A stretch of DNA of 52,320 nucleotides from the IMG/VR virus record IMGVR_UViG_3300021964_000098, positions 1-52,320 of that record, one strand, 5' to 3'. This document shows, in pieces, positions 36,649-45,017 of the stretch (the stretch's first letter is position 1; every line of letters begins with the position of its first letter). Both the position numbers and the translations under genes were made by a program. This DNA is from a virus. Lineage: Duplodnaviria > Caudoviricetes. The notes beneath the pieces were generated by a model. That model made no database searches. It saw nothing but the letters and a program-made list of their open reading frames with translations, and was not told the DNA's origin.

Positions 36649-37020
36649 ATGAGTAAAGAATTAACATTAAAGCAAAAAGATTTCTTGGACTATCTGGTTG
36701 AAACTGGAGGTGATCCTAAGAAAGCTGCTGAGTTGGCAGGATATGCCCAGAATGGACATTGGCAGGTAGTCAAGGCTCTCAAACATGAAATCATAGATCT
36801 GGCCTCTAACATTCTAGCTCAGTCAGCACCCCAAGCAGCAATGAAGCTTGTGGAGGTTATGCACTCTGATCAGCCTATTCCACAGGCTAATATGCGTCTT
36901 CAGGCTGCACAAACCATCCTAGACCGCACAGGACTAGGAAAACAAGAAAGACTAGACGTAAATAATAATATGACAGGTGGTTTATTTATACTACCGGCCA
37001 AAGCTAATGAGGCGAACTAG
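36649..37020 (+). CDS. Terminase small subunit (putative)
   Basis: LT.KQ..FL...GD...AAELAGY HTH, AA..ILDR.G motif; precedes the large subunit. Confidence 0.75.
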   Translation: MSKELTLKQKDFLDYLVETGGDPKKAAELAGYAQNGHWQVVKALKHEIIDLASNILAQSAPQAAMKLVEVMHSDQPIPQANMRLQAAQTILDRTGLGKQERLDVNNNMTGGLFILPAKANEAN

Positions 37021-37240
37021 TAGCACAATACCTTTTGGATATAGACTATCCGAAGATGATAAGACTCTAGAACCTATAGAGCAGCAACTAGAATCTTTGG
37101 ATAAAATAAAAGAATTGGTATCTTCAGACATGATGTCTTTGCGTGAAGGTGCTGAGTGGTTAACTCATATGACAGGCAGAAGTATTAGCCATGTCGGGCT
37201 AAAGAATATTATAAATGGAAGAATGGGAGAAAAATCCTGA
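37007..37240 (+). CDS. Small DNA-binding protein resembling an isolated serine-recombinase 'recombinase' domain
   Basis: IPFGY...L.P...Q...L...SLREGAEWL...GR.ISH.GL; no catalytic domain. Confidence 0.6.
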   Translation: MRRTSSTIPFGYRLSEDDKTLEPIEQQLESLDKIKELVSSDMMSLREGAEWLTHMTGRSISHVGLKNIINGRMGEKS

Positions 37241-38891
37241 GAACTACCTTACAGACGAGGAGGGTAATTTCGTTCTAAAGAAGGACGGAACTCCAAGACG
37301 CAAAGGTGGCAGACCTAAGGGTGCAAAGGGTAGAGGCTACAACTACCATTCAGAAACGAAAGCAAAGATACAGGCGCGGAGAGCTGTACGCAAAAAAGAA
37401 AAAGAAACAGAGCGTACAAGCATTAAACTCTCTCAGCAACGAGAAAAACTAAAAGCCTCTAAAGAAACTCTAAACAAACTAGATAATAATAACAAAAACA
37501 AAGTTATTACTGATGATGTTCTGTCTAAGGTTCCTAAAGCCTTGCGGGAAGAAGCTAACGACAATGTTATCTTCAAACCAAACGCAGGGCCACAGACAGA
37601 CTTCTTAGCAGCTCCTGAGAGGGACGTACTGTATGGTGGAGCAGCAGGGGGTGGTAAGTCCTATGCTATGCTCATAGATCCCCTCAGATATGCTCACAGG
37701 GCCTCTCATAGGGCCTTAATACTAAGACGGTCTATGCCAGAGCTACGAGAGCTAATAGACAAGTCACGAGAGCTGTATCCAAGAGCCTTTCCCGGCTGTA
37801 AGTATCGGGAGGTAGAAAAGCTTTGGAACTTCCCGTCAGGGGCTAAAGTAGAATTTGGATTCTTGGAACGAGATGCAGATGTATATCGTTATCAAGGACA
37901 AGCATATAGTTGGATAGGATTTGATGAGATTACTCACCTACCTACAGAATTTGGATGGAACTATCTGGCTTCGCGTTTACGAACTACAGATCCAGACATT
38001 GTACCTTATATGCGGTGTACAGCTAATCCCGGTGGTGTCGGCGCTCATTGGGTAAAGAAACGGTACATATTACCACACCCGCCCAATGAATCTTTTAAGG
38101 GTGAAGACGGTCTAACCAGAAAGTTTATACCAGCAAGATTAGATGACAATCCTTATCTTGCAGAAGATGGTCGTTATGAGGAGATGCTCAAGGCTCTCCC
38201 TGACATCCAGCGAAAACAATTACTAGAAGGTAATTGGGAAATCGCAGAGGGTGCTGCATTCACTGAGTTTGATACAGCAGCCCACGTAGTTACTCCTTTT
38301 GATATTCCAATAGGATGGGAAAGAATAAAAGGGATTGACTATGGTTATGCGTCAGAGAGTGCCTGTATATGGGGGACAGTTGATCCAACAGACGGCACTT
38401 TAATTATATATAGAGAGTTATACCGTAAAGGACTTACGGGCGAAGATCTTGGAAACATAATAGCTGAAATGGAAGCCCAAGATCCTTTTGCTGTACCCGG
38501 AGTTCTAGATACGGCAGCATGGGCTAAGACAGGTACAACAGGCCCAACTGTAGGCGAGTCGTTGATGCGCGTAGGTCACAAGCTACGAAGAGCAGATAAG
38601 AATCGTATACAAGGTAAGATACAAATTCACGAATACTTGAAGATACAACAAAGCGGTAGGCCGCGACTGCAAATATTTAATACTTGCCCTAACCTGATAC
38701 GTGAACTTCAAAGTATTCCTTTAGATCGGTCAAACCCAGAGGATGTGGATACTCACGCCCCTGACCACGCATATGATGCGTTGAGGTACTTGATAATGTC
38801 AAGGCCCCGAATAGCCGATCCACTAACAAGAATCAGACATATGCATCGTGAACAGGCATTCACGCCTTTAGATTCAGAGTTTGGTTATTGA
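37215..38891 (+). CDS. terL: Terminase large subunit
   Basis: GGAAGGGKS Walker A, IGFDE Walker B, TANPGG, GIDYG, DHAYDALRY. Confidence 0.95.
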   Translation: MEEWEKNPENYLTDEEGNFVLKKDGTPRRKGGRPKGAKGRGYNYHSETKAKIQARRAVRKKEKETERTSIKLSQQREKLKASKETLNKLDNNNKNKVITDDVLSKVPKALREEANDNVIFKPNAGPQTDFLAAPERDVLYGGAAGGGKSYAMLIDPLRYAHRASHRALILRRSMPELRELIDKSRELYPRAFPGCKYREVEKLWNFPSGAKVEFGFLERDADVYRYQGQAYSWIGFDEITHLPTEFGWNYLASRLRTTDPDIVPYMRCTANPGGVGAHWVKKRYILPHPPNESFKGEDGLTRKFIPARLDDNPYLAEDGRYEEMLKALPDIQRKQLLEGNWEIAEGAAFTEFDTAAHVVTPFDIPIGWERIKGIDYGYASESACIWGTVDPTDGTLIIYRELYRKGLTGEDLGNIIAEMEAQDPFAVPGVLDTAAWAKTGTTGPTVGESLMRVGHKLRRADKNRIQGKIQIHEYLKIQQSGRPRLQIFNTCPNLIRELQSIPLDRSNPEDVDTHAPDHAYDALRYLIMSRPRIADPLTRIRHMHREQAFTPLDSEFGY

Positions 38892-38904
38892 TATAGGTAA
38901 TAGT

Positions 38905-41088
38905 ATGGCTGATAAAAACTCAATAACAGATAACGCTAATAACGTCTATTTTCAAGATGTAGAGGGCGAGCAGGGTAAGACACTTAACCTTGAGGAGTCC
39001 CTTCACAATCAATTTACTGGCGTTATTTATGATCGTTATCAATCAGCCAAGGATGCTAGAGATCATGACGAAAAGCGTTGGATAACTGGCTATCATAATT
39101 ACCGTGGATTGTACCCCAAGCACTATAAGTTTAGAGAATCAGAAAAATCTAGAGTATTTGTAAAAGTAACTAAAACTAAAGTGCTTGCTGCTTTTGGTCA
39201 GCTAGTTGATGTAGTCTTTGGTTCCAATAAGCTCCCAATTGGAATATCTGAAACAAAGATGCCGGAAGGTGTAGCTGAGTACGCTCATCTAGACACGCAA
39301 AATCCGGTTCCCAGCATTGAGACTAGCTCGCCAGCCCCGGAGCCTAGCGCAACTAATCCTTACGATGTAGGGTATGCAGGTGACGGAAAACAGGTCTTAA
39401 ATGCCGGGGCAACCTATAATAAGGGAGAAACAGAAGATATAGATGCTGTGCTGAAGGATGTGTTGACTGATGGTGGCTCTGCTATCCCACAGTTTTACGA
39501 AACCAAGCCAGCACAAGAAGCCGCTAGACGCATGGAAAAACTTATCCATGATCAGATAGAAGAGTCTAAAGGATCTAGCGAGATACGTAATGCACTGTTT
39601 GAATGTGCGTTGTTTGGCACAGGTATTGTTAAAGGCCCATTTAATTTTAATAAAACTCTGAATCGTTGGGAAGAAAACGCAGAGGGTCAGAGAGAATACA
39701 ATCCAGTAGAAGTACGAGTACCCCGCATAGAGTTTGTTAGCATCTGGGATTTCTTTCCAGATCCTAACGCAACTAACATGGATGAATGCGAATACGCTTT
39801 CCATCGTCACAAGATGAACAAGTCACAAGTACGTGCTTTGGCCCGTATGCCTTATTTTGATAAGGATGCTATACGTGCTACTCTACAGATGGGGCCTAAC
39901 TACGAGCCGGAGCATTACGAACACGAACTAAAAGATGACCAACGCTCAGAAGACTATGGCTCCGGTCAGTACGAAGTCTTGGAGTATTGGGGCATCATGG
40001 ATGCTGAATATGCCAAGCAAGTTGGCATGGAGCTTCCTGAAGATACTGATGACTTAGACGAAGTACAAATAAACGCTTGGGTATGTAATGGTAATATACT
40101 CAGGGCTGTTGTTAATCCGTTTACGCCTCATCGTATTCCTTACAATGCTTTTCCTTATGAGCGTAATCCATACAGTTTCTTTGGCATTGGTGTTGCCGAA
40201 AACATGGATGACTCTCAAAAGATTATGAATGGTCATGCACGTATGGCTATTGATAACCTTGCCCTGTCAGGCTCTCTAGTATTTGATGTTGACGAGTCTT
40301 CTCTTGTGGGTGGTCAAAGCATGGAGATATATCCGGGGAAGATCTTTAAGCGTCAAGCTGGAGTACCCGGACAGGCTATTAATGGCGTAAAGTTTCCTAA
40401 TACATCCAATGAAAACATGATGATGTTTGATCGTTTCCGGCAGCTTGCAGACGAGCAAACAGGTATTCCTAGTTACTCACACGGGCAAACAGGTGTACAG
40501 AGCATGACACGTACCGCATCTGGTATGTCCATGCTTTTAGGTGCAGCCTCACTAAACATCAAAACAGTTATAAAAAATCTAGACGATTTTCTGTTGCGTC
40601 CTTTGGGCGAAGCTTATTATCAGTGGAATATGCAGTTTTTAGATAATAAACTAAATATAGAAGGAGATCTAGAAGTAAAAGCTACAGGTACTAACAGCCT
40701 GATGCAAAAAGAAGTACGTAGTCAACGCTTGACAATGTTCTTGCAAACAGCGCAAAATCCTTCAATTGCACCATTTATTAAAATTAACAAGCTTATCAGC
40801 GAACTGGCTTATTCATTAGAACTTGACCCAGAAGAACTATTGAATGATCCAGAAGAAGCCGCTGTGATGGCTAGAATCATAGGATTACAAAATGCTGGAC
40901 AAGGCACTGGTCAGGAGGCTCAAGCCGCTAGTGAACAACCCGGAGATGTGGGAGGCCCTGAAGGATTACCTCCAGAAGGCCAAGATGTCGGAGTTACGGG
41001 TACTGGCGGTGGCAACATCGGAACTGGAAATGTACCGCAGTCAGGGGAGAGTGAATTCTCTGGAACGCTTAGAGAAGTTGCGGGATAA
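38905..41088 (+). CDS. Portal protein
   Basis: Follows terL; ALFGTGIVK, VSIWDFFPDP, FFGIGV, RTASGMSML motifs; ATG 38905 after AGGT. Confidence 0.9.
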   Translation: MADKNSITDNANNVYFQDVEGEQGKTLNLEESLHNQFTGVIYDRYQSAKDARDHDEKRWITGYHNYRGLYPKHYKFRESEKSRVFVKVTKTKVLAAFGQLVDVVFGSNKLPIGISETKMPEGVAEYAHLDTQNPVPSIETSSPAPEPSATNPYDVGYAGDGKQVLNAGATYNKGETEDIDAVLKDVLTDGGSAIPQFYETKPAQEAARRMEKLIHDQIEESKGSSEIRNALFECALFGTGIVKGPFNFNKTLNRWEENAEGQREYNPVEVRVPRIEFVSIWDFFPDPNATNMDECEYAFHRHKMNKSQVRALARMPYFDKDAIRATLQMGPNYEPEHYEHELKDDQRSEDYGSGQYEVLEYWGIMDAEYAKQVGMELPEDTDDLDEVQINAWVCNGNILRAVVNPFTPHRIPYNAFPYERNPYSFFGIGVAENMDDSQKIMNGHARMAIDNLALSGSLVFDVDESSLVGGQSMEIYPGKIFKRQAGVPGQAINGVKFPNTSNENMMMFDRFRQLADEQTGIPSYSHGQTGVQSMTRTASGMSMLLGAASLNIKTVIKNLDDFLLRPLGEAYYQWNMQFLDNKLNIEGDLEVKATGTNSLMQKEVRSQRLTMFLQTAQNPSIAPFIKINKLISELAYSLELDPEELLNDPEEAAVMARIIGLQNAGQGTGQEAQAASEQPGDVGGPEGLPPEGQDVGVTGTGGGNIGTGNVPQSGESEFSGTLREVAG

Positions 41089-41113
41089 CGTAAATGATTT
41101 TGCCAAAGAGTAG
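40892..41113 (+). CDS. Small helical protein overprinted on the portal C-terminus
   Basis: AGGA RBS; LKPLVNN...W...YL...EMYRSQG....L..L..LR..V pattern typical of the post-portal gene; needed to couple to 41094. Confidence 0.7.
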   Translation: MLDKALVRRLKPLVNNPEMWEALKDYLQKAKMSELRVLAVATSELEMYRSQGRVNSLERLEKLRDNVNDFAKE

Positions 41114-41342
41114 AAATATGTCTTTAATGATATTGGACGCATTAGCAGCTAAATACGAAGCTGATATGCATGGGCTACAAGTAAACATAGCAAATTATTT
41201 TTCTAATGCTGTGGGTGTAGCTGAACATCCAGATATTGTAGAAGAAGTAGATAAACTGATTGAACAAGTTGCGACAGCCGAAGAAAAATTAAAAATTGTT
41301 AATGAAATTTATGAAGTAGAAAAAGGTAATTTAGATGTCTAA
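41094..41342 (+). CDS. Conserved hypothetical phage protein
   Basis: AL..KYEA......NI..YF.N.VGVAEHPDIV.E.DKL motif. Confidence 0.7.
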   Translation: MILPKSRNMSLMILDALAAKYEADMHGLQVNIANYFSNAVGVAEHPDIVEEVDKLIEQVATAEEKLKIVNEIYEVEKGNLDV

Positions 41343-41508
41343 GAGCAGAGTGAACGAGGCTGGTAATTATACTAAGCCCACAATGCGAAAGAATCTTTTT
41401 AATAAAATTAAAGCTGCTGGTAAAGGTGGTAAACCCGGACAGTGGTCAGCGCGTAAAGCCCAGATGCTTGCTAAAGAATACAAAGCCAAAGGCGGCGGTT
41501 ACAAGTGA
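41335..41508 (+). CDS. Small basic protein, 57 aa, N-terminal half of a DUF5872-like domain (not in ORF track)
   Basis: NYTKP.MRK...GKGGKPGQWSARKAQMLAKEYKAKGGGY; AAGGT RBS. Confidence 0.75.
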   Translation: MSKSRVNEAGNYTKPTMRKNLFNKIKAAGKGGKPGQWSARKAQMLAKEYKAKGGGYK

Positions 41509-41583
41509 AAGGTTTGTTTTGGAGTCCTCTTCAGAAAAAACTTGTTTCATATGATGAATGGATAAAAGACGCAGAGAAGCAAG

Positions 41584-42552
41584 ATGACATTAAAAAAGTC
41601 TCAGCAATCTCTTAAAGATTGGACATCTCAGAAGTGGAGAACCAAAAGCGGTAAGCCTTCCACTCAAGGCTCTGAAGCTACAGGTGAAAGGTATCTGCCT
41701 GAAAAAGCTATCAAGGCTATGTCTAGTTCTGAATATGCAGCAAGTACAAAAAAGAAAAGAGAAGATACTGCAAAAGGAAGACAGCATTCTAAGCAGCCTG
41801 AAAAAGCTGCGGAAACAGCACGTAAATACAGGAACACAGGTGGTATTGTGAACAAAGCTAAATTTAAAACTGTAATGGAAGAATTTGGAGCAGGTAAATT
41901 AAAGTCTAGCTCTGGCGATACCGTAACTTCTAGAGATCAAGCTCTTGCAATTGCTTATGCTCAATCTAGAGCCGCCAAGCAAATGGGTGGTTTAATGGAG
42001 GCTGCAAAACAACAACAGCCTTTGTTTAGAATGGCGGGAGGTGGGTCTATGATGGTTCCTACTGAAGGCGTTCCTCAAGATACCTACCCAAACATACCAC
42101 CCGAAGAAATGGCAGAAGCCAAAGCTTCACAGCTCCCTGATGAACAGATGGAGCAAGACTATTTTGGTTATGTAATCAATGAAACACTTGATCCTACCGA
42201 ACAAGAATATTTAAAGAATGCTCTAGAATCAGACCCACAGCTTAGTGCTATTATAGACAAAGTTGTGATGACTGCTTCTGAGTTTTCTGGGGCCGGAGAA
42301 GTTGAAGGCCCCGGAACTGGTGTATCGGACTCAATACCCGCTAGATTATCTGACGGAGAGTTTGTATTCACTAAAAAAGCTACCGATCAATTAGGTGCTG
42401 ACAACCTCCAAGTTATGATGGACGAGGCTGAACGTGCTTATGATGGTGGCTTAATGAGTCGGCCTTCTGATACCACACAAACAGCTTTAACTGACGAAGA
42501 AAAGATTCAGCGTCAAATGGCTGGAGCAAACAGAATGCCGAGTATTCGTTAA
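41584..42552 (+). CDS. Modular head-region protein: DUF5872-like half, DUF6496-like domain and GPGTGxSDSIPARLSDGEFV domain
   Basis: SQQSLKDWT.QKW..ERYLP; KFKTVMEEFGAGKLKSSSG..VTSRDQALAIA; GEVEGPGTGVSDSIPARLSDGEFVFT. Confidence 0.7.
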   Translation: MTLKKSQQSLKDWTSQKWRTKSGKPSTQGSEATGERYLPEKAIKAMSSSEYAASTKKKREDTAKGRQHSKQPEKAAETARKYRNTGGIVNKAKFKTVMEEFGAGKLKSSSGDTVTSRDQALAIAYAQSRAAKQMGGLMEAAKQQQPLFRMAGGGSMMVPTEGVPQDTYPNIPPEEMAEAKASQLPDEQMEQDYFGYVINETLDPTEQEYLKNALESDPQLSAIIDKVVMTASEFSGAGEVEGPGTGVSDSIPARLSDGEFVFTKKATDQLGADNLQVMMDEAERAYDGGLMSRPSDTTQTALTDEEKIQRQMAGANRMPSIR

Positions 42553-42646
42553 CACGGCTACCTTGAAGGAACAAGCCCCTATCAGTCTGACGAGACATTT
42601 AGAATAGGCTACCTTGTAGACAACAAGCCCCGTTTGGAGAAGTAAC

Positions 42647-43486
42647 ATGACTGTTGCAGAAAAACTAGAGGAACAAGAAGCAAATCCTTATAACATGAAG
42701 AAAGATTGGCACAAAGGCGAAACTCCCCGCATGGAGAGTGCTGATGGCCTTTTCTTTGCACCTGAACCTTCTAAGGCCACCTCCAGCGAAGAAGCTGAAG
42801 CCCCTGAAAAAAAAGAGTCTAAGGATGTAAATTATAAGAAACGCTATGACGATCTAAAGAAGCATTACGATAGTAAAGTTTCTGAATTTAAACAGCGTGA
42901 GCAAGAACTGTTGGCCGAAGCAAAAACAAATGCTCCCCAGTACCAAGCTCCTAAAACTGTTGAAGAGATAGAAGCTTTCAGGAAAAAGAATCCTGATCTG
43001 TATGAAACGGTAGAGACTGTAGCTCACTTTCAGAACGAACAGCAACTGGCAGATATACGCCAAGAGCTAGTTTCACTGAAGCAACGTGAAGCAGACATAG
43101 CCAAGAAAGAAGCTGAAGTTGAGTTGCGTCAAAGGCATCCCGACTTTGAGGACATTCGGGGTAATGAAAAGTTTCATGAATGGGCCAAAGCTCAACCGGA
43201 TCAAATACAGGATTGGATTTATAATAATCCTAATAATGCTGGTTTAGCTAGTAAAGCGATTGATTTGTATAAGATAGAAAATAATATTACTGCACAGCCA
43301 ACCAAAAGGAAGTCTGTATCGCAAGGAAGTGCAGCAGATATGGTTTCTACTAAAACGAAATCCATTGACACTAAACAACCTAAGATATGGACTGAACGGG
43401 AAATTGCTAAAATGTCCGTAACTGAGTTTGATAAATATCAAGAAGAAATTAATCAAGCAATTAGTGAAGGACGAGTAATTAAATAA
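42647..43486 (+). CDS. Capsid scaffolding protein
   Basis: Immediately before the capsid gene; YKKRYDDLK.H coiled coil, HPDF, C-terminal I..A..EGR; GGAG RBS. Confidence 0.8.
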   Translation: MTVAEKLEEQEANPYNMKKDWHKGETPRMESADGLFFAPEPSKATSSEEAEAPEKKESKDVNYKKRYDDLKKHYDSKVSEFKQREQELLAEAKTNAPQYQAPKTVEEIEAFRKKNPDLYETVETVAHFQNEQQLADIRQELVSLKQREADIAKKEAEVELRQRHPDFEDIRGNEKFHEWAKAQPDQIQDWIYNNPNNAGLASKAIDLYKIENNITAQPTKRKSVSQGSAADMVSTKTKSIDTKQPKIWTEREIAKMSVTEFDKYQEEINQAISEGRVIK

Positions 43487-43512
43487 TTTGTCTTTTATTG
43501 AGGTAATTAAAA

Positions 43513-44502
43513 ATGGCTTATAACCAATCCGATCAGTATTTTGAGCCGAGTACGGATACTGATGCTAACTTTGCGAACTCCGTAGCGGGTCAGAACAATT
43601 CATTCTTCCTTCCTGCTATTTATAGCAAGGCGGTACTGAATTTCTTCCGTAAGGCTTCTGTAGCCGAGGCAATCACTAACACTGATTATGCCGGGGAGAT
43701 TTCCGCTTACGGTGATTCTGTAAAGATCATCAAAGAACCTACCATCACTGTCTACCAGTATGAACGTGGTCAGGACGTAGCTTCAACTAAATTGACCGAC
43801 CAAGAGGTAACTCTGGTTGTTGATACTGCGAATGCTTTTAAATTCATCGTAGATGACATTGAGAGCAATATGTCTCACGTTAACTTCCGCGAAGTAGCTG
43901 CATCTTCTGCTGCTTACTCTTTGCGTGATGCTTTTGACGAAGGCGTAATCGCTACTATGTTTGCTGGCGTTCCTGCTTCAAGCCCAAATCACATTCTGGG
44001 TTCTGACAGTGCTACTGACCTTGCTGCTGGTACTTTTGACGGTGCTGGTAATCTTGACATTGGCTTTGGAGCTTCTGAGCATGATCCAATTGACGTTCTT
44101 TCACACATGGCCCGTCTGCTTGACGAGCAAAATGTTCCTGAAGAAGGCCGTTGGTTCCTTGCAAATCCAGAGTTCTATGAGCAGCTTGTACAAAGCAACT
44201 CTAAGCTCTTGTCTGTAGATTACAATGCTGGTCAAGGTTCAATCCGTAATGGCTTGGTATCTTCTGGCAAGCTACGTGGATTTGATATGTACAAGACTAA
44301 CAACATTGCAGCGACTACTAATGCCGCTGGTAAGTGTCTGGCTGGTCACATGTCATCTACCTGTACTGCTCAGACTATTGTTAACACTGAAGTAATTCGT
44401 GATCCAAGCAGCTTTGGTGACATTGTACGTGGCCTCCATGTTTATGGAGCCAAAGTACTGCGTCCAGAAGCTCTGGTATCCGCATTCTACGGTATTGACT
44501 AA
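43513..44502 (+). CDS. Major capsid protein
   Basis: FLPAIYS..VL.FFR, NTDY.GEI...GD.V.I, RGLHVYG.KVLRPE; GAGGT RBS; followed by a terminator. Confidence 0.9.
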   Translation: MAYNQSDQYFEPSTDTDANFANSVAGQNNSFFLPAIYSKAVLNFFRKASVAEAITNTDYAGEISAYGDSVKIIKEPTITVYQYERGQDVASTKLTDQEVTLVVDTANAFKFIVDDIESNMSHVNFREVAASSAAYSLRDAFDEGVIATMFAGVPASSPNHILGSDSATDLAAGTFDGAGNLDIGFGASEHDPIDVLSHMARLLDEQNVPEEGRWFLANPEFYEQLVQSNSKLLSVDYNAGQGSIRNGLVSSGKLRGFDMYKTNNIAATTNAAGKCLAGHMSSTCTAQTIVNTEVIRDPSSFGDIVRGLHVYGAKVLRPEALVSAFYGID

Positions 44503-44509
44503 GATTATC

Positions 44510-44539
44510 GGGGGTCTGAAATATGGCCCCCTTTAATTT
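44510..44539 (+). terminator. Rho-independent terminator after the capsid gene
   Basis: GGGGGTC-TGAAATAT-GGCCCCC-TTTAATTT. Confidence 0.8.
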
Positions 44540-44552
44540 ATGGAGTTTATAA

Positions 44553-44723
44553 GTGCCTCAAATTGGAAGCGAACAAAACCCCGTTAGATTTAACGTAAAC
44601 AACAAAGTTAAAATCCGTGCTAAATATTATAGACACGAAGATAAGAAAAAAGCTGACGAAAATTATGATAGGATTTTTAGAAATCTTGATAACCCTGTAA
44701 ATCATAGAGAGGAAAAAAAATGA
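44553..44723 (+). CDS. Small basic protein, 56 aa (not in ORF track)
   Basis: GTG after GGAG; MPQIGSEQNP...ENYDRIF... Confidence 0.6.
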   Translation: MPQIGSEQNPVRFNVNNKVKIRAKYYRHEDKKKADENYDRIFRNLDNPVNHREEKK

Positions 44724-44869
44724 TGGATTACGGCAAAAAGAAAATGATGGGCGGTGGTTATAATAAATATAACAAAGGCGGTAAAGCTAACGGAAACAAA
44801 ATGGCTCGCCGTGAATACAGCAAAGGCGGTTCTGTTAGTAGTGCTATGAAAACTGCCAAACCTTGCTAA
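44720..44869 (+). CDS. Small basic protein with three GG motifs, 49 aa (not in ORF track)
   Basis: MMDYGKKKMMGGGYNKYNKGGKANGNKMARREYSKGGSVSSAMKTAKPC; GAGG RBS, ATGA coupling. Confidence 0.7.
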   Translation: MMDYGKKKMMGGGYNKYNKGGKANGNKMARREYSKGGSVSSAMKTAKPC

Positions 44870-44870
44870 C

Positions 44871-45017
44871 ATGAAAGTTCAAGCCCCTGAAGGTTACCAC
44901 TGGATGAAGAGTGGTAAAAGCTACAAACTTATGAAAGACCCTAAAGATGGCTACAAATCTCACCGGGGTGCTTCAAAGTCTGCTAACTTTGAAATTCAAA
45001 AGGTTCATAAAAAATAA
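44871..45017 (+). CDS. Small basic protein, 48 aa (not in ORF track)
   Basis: MKVQAPEGYHWMK...HRGASKSANFEIQKVHKK; TAATG coupling to the next gene. Confidence 0.65.
   Translation: MKVQAPEGYHWMKSGKSYKLMKDPKDGYKSHRGASKSANFEIQKVHKK

Noticed and set aside
37007-37240. Integrase indicating a temperate lifestyle
   Set aside because: It is only a short DNA-binding-like fragment with no catalytic domain. No repressor or att site is evident.
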